64,000 bases of DNA from an uncultured Bacteroidia bacterium (lineage in GTDB: Bacteria > Bacteroidota > Bacteroidia > Bacteroidales > UBA932): assembly GCA_902762655.1 (NCBI GenBank), contig CACWOZ010000002.1, positions 94,743 through 158,742 on the forward strand, read 5' to 3'. The notes under the pieces are model-generated. The model was given only the letters and a program-made list of their open reading frames with translations, was not told the DNA's origin and ran no database searches. Positions within the stretch are counted from its first letter, which is position 1; each line of letters begins with the position of its first letter. Position numbers and translations under genes: made by a program. Below, in pieces: positions 45,375 through 54,358 of the stretch.

Positions 45375-48300
45375 ATGATGACACGAATTACGCTTCTTAT
45401 TCTTTTCGCAATACTTTGCATTTCATGTTCCAGCCAGATGCCGGAGGAAGATGACTCCGTTGCCTCCACCCTCAGGGAAGTGTTCAACGAACCACCCCGG
45501 AGCGCAAAGCCCATGGTCTGGTGGCATTGGATGAACGGGAATATCAGCAAGGGAGGGATCCGTAAGGATATAGAATGGATGCATCGCATCGGCATAGGTG
45601 GTTTCCATGTCTTCGACGCGAATTTCGACACGCCTAAGATAGTGGAAAAGCGCCTTCCCTATATGTCGGAGGATTGGAAGGATGCATTCCGATCGGCTAT
45701 ACGCCTGGCAGATTCTCTGGGCTTCGACGTTGGAATCGCCAGTTCTCCCGGCTTCAGCCATACAGGAGGCCCCTGGGTGCGGCCGGAGGATGCCATGAAA
45801 AAACTTGTCTGGAGGGAGATGCCGTTGGCGGGAGGGAAGCATTTCCATGGAAGGCTGCCTGAACCATTCAGCGTTAGCGGAAGATTTCAGGATATCGCGC
45901 TTTCAAAGCAAGGTGTTACGTCTGATAGGACGGAAGAATGCTATTATGAAGATATAGCGGTAGTGGCCGTTGAACTTACCGATGCTGCCCGTACTTTGGA
46001 AGACCTTGGGGCATCGGTCAGCAGCAGCGGAGGGGATTCTTTTACCGTAAGTCAGCTCACGAATGACCGATTTGCAGATTATGGACGCCTGGATGCCAGC
46101 CCGGATGGGTTTGCGTGGATTCAGTATTCATTCCCCGGGCCACGGACTTTCCGCGCCTTGACTGTTGTAAACCCCAATCCACGATCACGTGGGCATGCTG
46201 TTGCCGAGTACTGCGAAGACTCCCTTCAGGTAAGCGACGACGGGGTGGACTTCCGCACGGTATTCGGCATTCCCGTAGGCAGTTGCGAGGCACAGACCAT
46301 TTCATTCGAGCCGCTTACGGCCAAGTATCTCAGGCTCAAGCACAGGAATCCCAAAGCCTATTTTCATTATTCCATGTTGAAACCGGACCCGGATCCGGAG
46401 TTCTCACTTGTGCCGCAATTCCGGCTTTATACCGAAAACAGGATCAATCATGCCGAAGAGAAAGCCGCCTTCGCAGCCTCCCATGACCTGCACGATTATC
46501 CTACGCCGGACAACCATGAAGGAATTGGAACCGGGAAAGTCGTGATTCTCACGGATGCAGTTCATGATGGAGTCCTTGACTGGGATGTCCCCGAAGGCAG
46601 GTGGGTAGTCTATCGTTTCGGTGCATCCCTGACAGGGAAAAAGAATCATCCGGCATCTCCGGAGGCAACCGGGCTGGAGGTCGACAAGCTTGATCCGGAG
46701 GCCATGGGGGCATATCTGCGTCATTATCTCGACATGTACAAGGATGCCTCCGGTGGTATGCTCGGGGCGCATGGAATAAGGCATCTGATGGTGGACAGTT
46801 ATGAGTCCGGGGCGCAGAACTGGACTCCCCGGCTGATGGGGGAATTCATGAAACGCCGCGGATATGATATGACTCCATGGATGCCTGTGCTCGCCGGAGT
46901 GATTGTCGGGGATGCGGAAAAGTCTGAGGCCTTTCTCAAGGACTTCCGCGTTACCATTGCCGAACTCTTCTCCGAGAACTTCGCCAGAATTACGGACATT
47001 GTGCGTGGCGGATACGGAATGGAAGGCTGCTTTATGGAATCTCACGAGAACGGGCGCGTTTTTGTTATGGACGGGATGTCGGTCAAGAAAACAGCCCTAT
47101 ATCCCATGTCTGCCTGCTGGGTACCCGGCAAAGTAGGTGCGAAGGATCGTGTCTTCGAGGGTATGGCCGACATCCGCGAGTCGGCGTCCGTTGCACATAT
47201 CTATGGGCAGAACCTTGTTGCAGCAGAGAGTCTGACATCCATTGGCCTGGCCGGCCAGGCATATAGTTATTGCCCGGAGAATCTTAAACATACCGCCGAT
47301 CTTGAACTCTCCTGCGGAGTCAACCGCTTCGTGATTCACGACAGCGCACACCAGCCCTGCGACGACAAGTTCCCGGGCCTCGGCCTGGGTGTTTACGGGC
47401 AATGGTTCAACAGGCACGAATGCTGGGCGGAGCAGGCAGGAGCGTGGATTGGTTATCTGGCTCGCAGCTGTGCGATGTTGCAGCAGGGACGGGACGTGGC
47501 GGATATCCTCTGGCTTTATGGTGAAGATACAAATATCACAGCGCATTATTCCCATGGCGAGCCGCCTGTTCCGGCGGGTTTCCATTATGACTTTATCAAT
47601 CCGGAAGCCTTCCTCGACAAGATAATGCTGAAAGGGAAAACGCTCGTGGCAGAATCCGGCGCTTCTTACCGTATTCTCTGTCTGGATGAAAGTGCCTCCA
47701 TGCTCCCGGAAGATGCAATAGATAAGATAGCGGCAATCCGAAAAGCGGGTATTCCGGTTGTTACACCTGGAGCCGGACTGGAAAAGGCCTGCAGGCATCT
47801 GAACAAGGATTTTGCCGCATCGGATTCTCTGGTCTATGTGCACAGGACTATGCCCGGGGCCGATATTTACTGGATAAGCAACCCTTCGTCCGCATCGGTA
47901 AAATGCGAGGCATCTTTCCGCACACGAGGCCGCGCGGCTGAAATCTGGAATGCCGAGTCCGGAGAAATGAAAAATGTTTCTTTCCGTTTTTCCCGTGGCA
48001 GGACAGTGGTGCCTGTTGAACTTGCTCCGGACGATGCCATTTTTGTCGTATTTGCGAAGCCTGCAGGAAAAGGAAAGAAACTGACGGCCCCGGAGTTCTT
48101 GGAAAGCGTTCCTGTGGACGGCCCCTGGACCCTTTCCTTCCAAGCAGGGCGCGGTGCTCCGGACAGCATTGTCATGGATGAACTTGAGCCCTTGAATGAG
48201 AATGAGTCGGAAGGTATTCGTTATTTCAGCGGTACGGTAACCTACAAAACGCATTTCCGGGCAGATACTTCGACAAGAACTGTCCTGTCCCTCGGGAAGG

Positions 48301-48578
48301 TCTGCAATATCGCAGAAGTAATTGTCAATGGCAAAGCCGTGGCAACTTTGTGGAGGCCTCCTTTCTGTGTGGATGTGAGTTCGTTTGTGGAGCCCGGAGA
48401 CAACGAACTTGAACTCAAGGTTACTAATCTGTGGGTAAACCGCCTCATCGGGGATGCCAGGGAAGGCCTCGCCCCGCTGACATATACTCCCGTGAAATTC
48501 TACAAGGCAGATGACCCTCTTCTGCCATCTGGACTGATGGGCCCTGTCGAGTTGCGGATTGAGAGTTTTTGTTTTTGA
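45375..48578 (+). CDS. GH106 alpha-L-rhamnosidase-like glycosidase
   Basis: PMVWWHWMNGNIS, GPWVRPEDAMKKL, GLEVDKL, VDSYE, ESASVAHIYG, VAAESLT, GVNRFVIH, C-terminal GH2-like sugar-binding domain. Confidence 0.92.
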   Translation: MMTRITLLILFAILCISCSSQMPEEDDSVASTLREVFNEPPRSAKPMVWWHWMNGNISKGGIRKDIEWMHRIGIGGFHVFDANFDTPKIVEKRLPYMSEDWKDAFRSAIRLADSLGFDVGIASSPGFSHTGGPWVRPEDAMKKLVWREMPLAGGKHFHGRLPEPFSVSGRFQDIALSKQGVTSDRTEECYYEDIAVVAVELTDAARTLEDLGASVSSSGGDSFTVSQLTNDRFADYGRLDASPDGFAWIQYSFPGPRTFRALTVVNPNPRSRGHAVAEYCEDSLQVSDDGVDFRTVFGIPVGSCEAQTISFEPLTAKYLRLKHRNPKAYFHYSMLKPDPDPEFSLVPQFRLYTENRINHAEEKAAFAASHDLHDYPTPDNHEGIGTGKVVILTDAVHDGVLDWDVPEGRWVVYRFGASLTGKKNHPASPEATGLEVDKLDPEAMGAYLRHYLDMYKDASGGMLGAHGIRHLMVDSYESGAQNWTPRLMGEFMKRRGYDMTPWMPVLAGVIVGDAEKSEAFLKDFRVTIAELFSENFARITDIVRGGYGMEGCFMESHENGRVFVMDGMSVKKTALYPMSACWVPGKVGAKDRVFEGMADIRESASVAHIYGQNLVAAESLTSIGLAGQAYSYCPENLKHTADLELSCGVNRFVIHDSAHQPCDDKFPGLGLGVYGQWFNRHECWAEQAGAWIGYLARSCAMLQQGRDVADILWLYGEDTNITAHYSHGEPPVPAGFHYDFINPEAFLDKIMLKGKTLVAESGASYRILCLDESASMLPEDAIDKIAAIRKAGIPVVTPGAGLEKACRHLNKDFAASDSLVYVHRTMPGADIYWISNPSSASVKCEASFRTRGRAAEIWNAESGEMKNVSFRFSRGRTVVPVELAPDDAIFVVFAKPAGKGKKLTAPEFLESVPVDGPWTLSFQAGRGAPDSIVMDELEPLNENESEGIRYFSGTVTYKTHFRADTSTRTVLSLGKVCNIAEVIVNGKAVATLWRPPFCVDVSSFVEPGDNELELKVTNLWVNRLIGDAREGLAPLTYTPVKFYKADDPLLPSGLMGPVELRIESFCF

Positions 48579-48610
48579 TTTCGTTTTTTCAAAAATGAAA
48601 ACTATATTTG
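48579..48610 (+). promoter_or_regulatory. Promoter (-7 TATATTTG at 48603-48610) with candidate operator tttcgttttTTTCA-AAAA-TGAAA
   Basis: 21 of 22 nt match 14019-14040. Confidence 0.65.
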
Positions 48611-48632
48611 CGCTAATAAACCAGAATGATTG

Positions 48633-49685
48633 ATGAAAAAGAAGATTGTGATTATCGGTGCTGGAATGATGGGTTCCGCCCTTGCATTCCCTGCACGTGA
48701 GAATGGTAATGATGTGTCCATTGTAGGCACTCCTCTCGACAAAGACATTATCGAAACGAGCCGCAAGACGGGCCGCCATCCGAAATTCGAATATGACTTC
48801 CCTGAAGGAGTTAAGTATTTCCAGTTCGAAGAGTGGAAAGAGGCTGTCAAAGGTGCGGATTTCATAATTGGAGGGGTATCTTCCTTCGGCGTGGACTGGT
48901 TTCTGGATTCGGTGCTTAGCGAACTCGATCCTTCGGTTCCTGTGCTTTCTGTCACAAAGGGCCTTATCAACCTCGAGGACGGCACCCTGATTTCCTATCC
49001 GGATTACTGGCAGCGCGAACTTGCGAAGAAGGGTATACATCGCACCATCAATGCCATCGGTGGGCCATGTACCTCGTATGAACTCGTCTATCATGACCAT
49101 TCCGAGGTGGCTTTCTGTGGAGAGAATACTGCGGAAATCAAGATGATGAAAGAGGCTATGAAAACCTCTTACTACCATATCTCCCTCACCAACGACGTTG
49201 TCGGCCTCGAAAGTGCTGTGGCGCTCAAGAACGGGTACGCCCTTGGAATCGCACTTACAATCGGGCTTGTGAATCGTGCCAACGGCCCCGAAGCCGGACT
49301 GCATTTCAATTCTCAGGCGGCTGCTTTCTATCAGGCGACCAATGAAATGCGCAAACTCCTCGCAATACAGGGCGCTGAAGAAGACTGCGTAAACATCGGA
49401 ATCGGCGATCTTTATGTGACGGTGTATGGCGGAAGGACCCGCAAGATTGGCATTCTGCTGGGCGAAGGAAAGACCTACGAAGAAGCCCTGAACATACTTG
49501 CAGGTGTCACCCTAGAAAGTCTGGTCGTATCCAGAAGAGTTTACAAGGCAGTTGTGCGCAAGGCTGAACTCGGACAGGTCGACCTCTCCGAATTCCCTCT
49601 ACTCTGCCACGTGGCCGATGTTTTGGACAACGGCAAAGATGCAGAACTTCCATGGGAAGATTTCACCTTCGACAACACGAAGTAA
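48633..49685 (+). CDS. gpsA: NAD(P)-dependent glycerol-3-phosphate dehydrogenase family protein (divergent)
   Basis: IIGAGMMGSALA Rossmann motif, SVTKG, GGP, DVVGLESAVALKN, GIGDLYVT...GR. Confidence 0.75.
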   Translation: MKKKIVIIGAGMMGSALAFPARENGNDVSIVGTPLDKDIIETSRKTGRHPKFEYDFPEGVKYFQFEEWKEAVKGADFIIGGVSSFGVDWFLDSVLSELDPSVPVLSVTKGLINLEDGTLISYPDYWQRELAKKGIHRTINAIGGPCTSYELVYHDHSEVAFCGENTAEIKMMKEAMKTSYYHISLTNDVVGLESAVALKNGYALGIALTIGLVNRANGPEAGLHFNSQAAAFYQATNEMRKLLAIQGAEEDCVNIGIGDLYVTVYGGRTRKIGILLGEGKTYEEALNILAGVTLESLVVSRRVYKAVVRKAELGQVDLSEFPLLCHVADVLDNGKDAELPWEDFTFDNTK

Positions 49686-51056
49686 ATGGATAAGGCTGTC
49701 CGCACAAAATATGTGCGCTGGCAATGGCGTACTCTTATAGCCCTGATGCTGGGCTACATCTGCTATTACTTTCTCCGCAAGAACTTCAGTGCCGCCATCC
49801 CGGCAATGGAGGCGGAACTCGGCCTGAGCAAGGTTCAGCTTGGTATCTTCCTCACTCTCAACGGTATCGTGTACGGAGTGTCCAGGATGATAAACGGACT
49901 GCTGGCAGACCGGTATTCCAAGCGGCTGCTGATGAGCCTCGGGCTCGTATTGTCGTGCATCATAAATCTTGCCATCTGTTTCTCTCCCAAACTGAACGGG
50001 GTCTTCAATCTGCTGGACGGAGAGGGAAAGGCAACGATGGGACTGGTTTATCTGATAGGTTCGCTCTGGGTATTGAACGGCTATGTGCACGGTATGGGCT
50101 ATCCTCCTTGCGCGGCTCTGATGGCCCATTGGTTCCGCCCGAGCGAGCTGGCAACCAAGCAAAGCATCTGGAATGCCTCGCATTCGATCGGAGCAGGACT
50201 GGTGATTGCCCTGTGCGGATGGATGCTCTCGAAGTTCGGCTATAGCGCATGGAACCTGTGCTTCATAGTGCCTGCAGCCATTTCTCTGATAGGTGCTGTG
50301 GCTCTCTATGCTTCGCTGCGCGATGATCCTTCTTCGGTGGGACTGCCTCCTGTTGAAGGAAGAGATTCTGAATCGAAGCCGGAGGTTCAGTTGACAGGTG
50401 AGAAGTATCGTAGTTTCATATCGAGAATGGTCTTCCGGAATCCTGTAATCTGGGGTATCTCCATATCGGATTTCTGCGTATACGTAATCCGCTTCACCAT
50501 TCTGGAGTGGGGGACGACCTTCCTTACACAATACAAGGGTTTCGATATCGCGCTTTCGGCAAGCATAGTGGCTGCATCCGAACTGATTGGGGGCGTTCTT
50601 GGTACTATCGTGGCCGGATGGGTAACGGATCGTTTCCTGCAGAGCAAGACCTTGCGCACCAGCGCTTTGTTCACGCTTGGGGCCACCATCTGCTTCACTT
50701 TGTTCTGGCGTGTTCCTGCCGGGGCTGCCTGGATATGGAGCGCAATACTGATTGTGGCATCAAGTTTCTTTATCTACGGACCTCAAGCCCTTCTGGGAGT
50801 GAGTTGCTCGCAGTATGCGACCAAACGTGCCAGCGGCAGCGCCAATGGCTTCTGCGGCATCTTCTGTTATGGTGCAACCGTCATATCAGGCATAGGATTC
50901 GGCTGGCTGGCAGACAAGCCCGGCTTAGGCTGGAACGCCGTTTTTGTCGTAGCCATACTATTCGGGCTCATCGGCTCGGCCATCCTCCTGTCATACTGGA
51001 AGTCCCCTGCCGACGGCTATGCCAAAGCAGATAAGGTATTAGCGGAATTGCAGTAG
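49686..51056 (+). CDS. MFS transporter, organophosphate:Pi antiporter family (GlpT/UhpC-like)
   Basis: GYICYYFLRKNFS, HWFRPSELATKQSIWNASHSIG, DDPSSVGLP, FIYGPQAL; about 12 hydrophobic segments. Confidence 0.88.
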   Translation: MDKAVRTKYVRWQWRTLIALMLGYICYYFLRKNFSAAIPAMEAELGLSKVQLGIFLTLNGIVYGVSRMINGLLADRYSKRLLMSLGLVLSCIINLAICFSPKLNGVFNLLDGEGKATMGLVYLIGSLWVLNGYVHGMGYPPCAALMAHWFRPSELATKQSIWNASHSIGAGLVIALCGWMLSKFGYSAWNLCFIVPAAISLIGAVALYASLRDDPSSVGLPPVEGRDSESKPEVQLTGEKYRSFISRMVFRNPVIWGISISDFCVYVIRFTILEWGTTFLTQYKGFDIALSASIVAASELIGGVLGTIVAGWVTDRFLQSKTLRTSALFTLGATICFTLFWRVPAGAAWIWSAILIVASSFFIYGPQALLGVSCSQYATKRASGSANGFCGIFCYGATVISGIGFGWLADKPGLGWNAVFVVAILFGLIGSAILLSYWKSPADGYAKADKVLAELQ

Positions 51057-51061
51057 AGAAG

Positions 51062-51826
51062 TCAGACAGTAATTACGCGGACTCCCGAGCTCTCGATGCG
51101 GCTCTTTACGCTGCCGGGGATTGAGGAGTCCGTAATCAGTATGTCTATACGCGAGAAATCGCAGATTTTTCCAAAACCGACCTTGCCGTATTTGCTGGAA
51201 TCTGCAAGCAGGATAACCTGAGTGGCCGCATCCATCATGGCGTTGGTTACGCGGGCCTCTTCGACGAAGGCGGTGGTGATACCTGCGTCCAGGTCAAAGC
51301 CGTCGCAACTTACGAACAACTTATTGCATTTCACGTTTTTGAGCCCTTCGAGGGTATAGGTGTCGCGTACGGAAAGGGAGTTCCTGATCAGTTTTCCCCC
51401 CAGCATCATTACCTCCACATTGTCTTTCTCGCTCAAGGTGACACCGACGCGTATTGATGGTGTGACCACATTGAGCGACCCTTTGGGCTTCATATGGTGC
51501 GCCATTGCCTCGATGGTTGTTCCGGATGTCATGATTATGGAATCATCTGTGCCAATCAGCCCGGCTGCAGCCAGCGCTATGCGTTTCTTCTCAGCTGCCA
51601 TTATGGACGCCTTCTCCTGGACTGGAAGGTCCGTAACTTTCTGTTTTACTGGGGAGGCACTGCCGTGGTTGCGGTATATAAGATGCTTGCTCTCCAGGTC
51701 CCGGAAGTCCTTACGGATAGTGGCTCCTGTTACTCCAAGCGAGTCGGCGATGTCCTGGACACGGACATAACCCTTTCTAGACAATTCGTCGAGTATATAC
51801 TTGTGGCGTTCCTGAATGCTGAGCAT
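51062..51826 (-). CDS. DeoR/GlpR family transcriptional regulator
   Basis: ERHKYIL, LGVTGATIRKDF...HGSA, EKKRIALAAA, SGTT, LLADSSKYG, DILITD. Confidence 0.95.
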   Translation of the reverse strand: MLSIQERHKYILDELSRKGYVRVQDIADSLGVTGATIRKDFRDLESKHLIYRNHGSASPVKQKVTDLPVQEKASIMAAEKKRIALAAAGLIGTDDSIIMTSGTTIEAMAHHMKPKGSLNVVTPSIRVGVTLSEKDNVEVMMLGGKLIRNSLSVRDTYTLEGLKNVKCNKLFVSCDGFDLDAGITTAFVEEARVTNAMMDAATQVILLADSSKYGKVGFGKICDFSRIDILITDSSIPGSVKSRIESSGVRVITV

Positions 51827-51829
51827 AAA

Positions 51830-52438
51830 CTATTCGTTAAGATATTTGCCGACCCTGTTCCAGTTCCAGAGGCCGATGAAAGACGATATGATGCAGAGGA
51901 TGAACTGGACTACGAACCACTTGTTGTCGAGATTTACGTTCATCCAGATTGCGAAAACGTCAGCGACAATCCATATCCACCACTGCTGGATATAAGACTT
52001 GGTCAGCCACCATGTCCCTATAATGCTGAGCGCCGTGGTAATGGCATCCAGGAAGGGATTGGGGTCGTTAAGTGCTTGCAGCAGGAAATAGAGGGCAGGG
52101 ATGCCCGCTGCCACCATCGCGAGGCTTATCAGGAAGGTCTTGCGGGGAAGCCGGTTCAGGACAATGCCCTTATGCTGCTCTTCTCCTGCATTTGCACTGT
52201 CTTTCTTCCAGTTGTATATGCCTACGAATCCCATTACGATATAGTAGACGTTGAGGGCGGCGAAAGCCCAGGTTGCGCTATTGAAAAAATTGAGCGCGGC
52301 ACAGATGCAACTGGGAATGTAAAGATACCACATCCACTTGCTGTGCATTATCTGGAGAACGAGGTATGCCACGAAGGTGACAGTGGCAACTATTTCGAGA
52401 ATGTCCGCAATCTGCTGCGGCAGGAATGTAAGAATCAT
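51830..52438 (-). CDS. pnuC: PnuC family (nicotinamide riboside/vitamin) transporter
   Basis: Hydrophobic protein with PFLDAITTALSIIGTWWL and QQWWIWIVADV. Confidence 0.85.
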   Translation of the reverse strand: MILTFLPQQIADILEIVATVTFVAYLVLQIMHSKWMWYLYIPSCICAALNFFNSATWAFAALNVYYIVMGFVGIYNWKKDSANAGEEQHKGIVLNRLPRKTFLISLAMVAAGIPALYFLLQALNDPNPFLDAITTALSIIGTWWLTKSYIQQWWIWIVADVFAIWMNVNLDNKWFVVQFILCIISSFIGLWNWNRVGKYLNE

Positions 52439-52459
52439 ATATGCGTTTTAAATCGTTTG

Positions 52460-52486
52460 CAAATATAGAAAAAATTCCTATCTTTG
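52460..52486. promoter_or_regulatory. Back-to-back -7 promoter elements for pnuC-deoR (minus, 52460-52467) and rpsA (plus, 52479-52486)
   Basis: TATATTTG on the minus strand and TATCTTTG on the plus strand, both matching TAnnTTTG. Confidence 0.6.
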
Positions 52487-52564
52487 CAGGCTTTTATGCG
52501 CGGGCATGCCCGCGGAAGCACAAAACATAATGTCAAACAACTAATTTGTTCAAGCAAAATTATT

Positions 52565-54352
52565 ATGTCAGAAGAAATTAAAAAAGAAACCGGGATGCTC
52601 AACGCATCGGTAGCTCCTGAGAACTTCGACTGGGATGCATTCGAAGGCTCCGGCGTTTACGATTCCTCCGAGAAAGAGGAAATCCGCAAGGCCTACGACC
52701 AGACCCTCTCCAAGATTGTCGAGGGTGAAGTTGTCGAAGGAGAAGTAACAGCAATCAACAAGCGCGAAGTTGTTGTCACCATCGGTGGCAAGAGCGAGGG
52801 CGTTATCGCTGCCCCTGAATTCCGCTACAATCCCGACCTCAAAGTCGGCGACAAGGTGGAAGTCTATGTCGAGAACGCAGAAGACAAGAAGGGCCAGCTT
52901 GTGCTCTCCCACAAGAAAGCACGCACTCTCAAATCCTGGGATAGGGTCAACGAGGCATTCGAAAAGGACGAAATCGTCAAGGGATATGTCAAGACCCGCA
53001 CCAAGGGCGGTATGATCGTGGACGTGTTCGGAATCGAGGCATTCCTCCCCGGCAGCCAGATCGACATCAAGCCCATCCGCGACTATGATCAGTTCGTGGA
53101 TCAGACCATTGACTTCAAGATTGTCAAGATCAATCAGGAAGGCCGCAACGTGGTCGTTTCTCATAAAGTTCTCCTCGAGGCTGAACAGGAAGCAAAGCGT
53201 GCCGAACTCATCGGCAAACTCGAGAAGGGACAGGTCCTCGAAGGCGTGGTCAAGAACATCACCAATTACGGTGTGTTCGTGGACCTCGGCGGCGTAGACG
53301 GACTTATCCACATTACCGACCTCAGCTGGGGCCGTGTCAACCATCCCGAAGAGATTGTCACTCTCGACGAGAAGATCAAGGTCGTTGTTCTCGACTTCAA
53401 CGAGCAGCAGAAGCGCATCGCCCTCGGTCTCAAGCAGCTCTCCGCTCATCCTTGGGACAAGCTCAATCCTGACCTCAAGGTCGGTGACAAGGTGACCGGC
53501 AAGGTTGTCCTCATCGCTGACTATGGCGCATTCATCGAAATCGAGCCCGGTGTAGAAGGTCTCGTCCATGTTTCCGAGATGTCCTGGAGCCCCAGGCTTC
53601 ACAGTGCTCAGGAATTCCTCAAGGTTGGCGACGAGGTTGAGGCACAGATCCTCAGCATCGACCGCGAGGCACGCAAGATGAGCCTCGGTCTCAAGCAGCT
53701 CACTGCAAATCCTTGGGAGAGCATCCGCGAGAAATATCCCGTTGGCAGCAAGCACAACGCTACCGTCCGCAATGTCACCAACTTCGGCGTGTTCGCTGAA
53801 CTTGAGGATGGCGTAGAGGGTCTCGTTCACATCAGCGACCTCAGCTGGACTAAGATCAAACATCCTTCAGAGGTTGTTGCTCCCGGCGACACCATCGAGG
53901 TCCAGATTCTCGACTTCGACGAGCAGAACCACAAACTCAGCCTCGGCCACAAGCAGCTCACTCCTAATCCTTGGGATGAGATCGAAGCCAAGTTCCCCGT
54001 TGGCTCTACCGTTGAGGGTACCGTAGCTTCCACCACCGATAAGGGTGCCAACATCACTCTTGACGGTGCTGAAGGATTCGCATTCAACCGCGAACTCGTA
54101 AAGGAAGACGGCAAGCAGGCAGTCGTTGGCGACAAGCTCCCCTTCAAGGTTGTTGAGCTCCGCCGCAGCACCAGCCGCATCCTCCTCAGCCATCTCCGTA
54201 CTTATCAGGAGGTCAAAGAGAAGGCTGCCGCAAGCGAGGCTGCTTCTACCACCAAGGCTGTGAAGAGCATTAACAAGGCTGTCGAGAAGACCACCCTCGG
54301 TGACATCGACGCTCTTGCCGCTCTCAAGGAGAAACTTGAGAAGGGCGAGTAA
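52565..54352 (+). CDS. rpsA: 30S ribosomal protein S1
   Basis: Tandem S1 domains (AFLPGSQID, GVFVDLGGVDGLIHITDLSWGR, EGLVHVSEMSW); C-terminal TTLGDIDALAALKEKL. Confidence 0.98.
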   Translation: MSEEIKKETGMLNASVAPENFDWDAFEGSGVYDSSEKEEIRKAYDQTLSKIVEGEVVEGEVTAINKREVVVTIGGKSEGVIAAPEFRYNPDLKVGDKVEVYVENAEDKKGQLVLSHKKARTLKSWDRVNEAFEKDEIVKGYVKTRTKGGMIVDVFGIEAFLPGSQIDIKPIRDYDQFVDQTIDFKIVKINQEGRNVVVSHKVLLEAEQEAKRAELIGKLEKGQVLEGVVKNITNYGVFVDLGGVDGLIHITDLSWGRVNHPEEIVTLDEKIKVVVLDFNEQQKRIALGLKQLSAHPWDKLNPDLKVGDKVTGKVVLIADYGAFIEIEPGVEGLVHVSEMSWSPRLHSAQEFLKVGDEVEAQILSIDREARKMSLGLKQLTANPWESIREKYPVGSKHNATVRNVTNFGVFAELEDGVEGLVHISDLSWTKIKHPSEVVAPGDTIEVQILDFDEQNHKLSLGHKQLTPNPWDEIEAKFPVGSTVEGTVASTTDKGANITLDGAEGFAFNRELVKEDGKQAVVGDKLPFKVVELRRSTSRILLSHLRTYQEVKEKAAASEAASTTKAVKSINKAVEKTTLGDIDALAALKEKLEKGE

Positions 54353-54358
54353 TTCCCG

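Noticed and set aside
47097-49304. 735-aa minus-strand ORF
   Set aside because: Antisense shadow of GH106 and the G3PDH gene, spanning their intergenic promoter; no recognisable motifs.
51830-52470. Vitamin riboswitch upstream of pnuC
   Set aside because: Only about 21 nt lie between the -7 element and the ATG, too short for a TPP, FMN or NAD-type aptamer.
52455-52470. Fourth copy of the TTTCA-N4-TGAAA motif upstream of pnuC-deoR
   Set aside because: tttgcaaatatagaaa is explained by the minus-strand -7 promoter element and breaks both half-sites.
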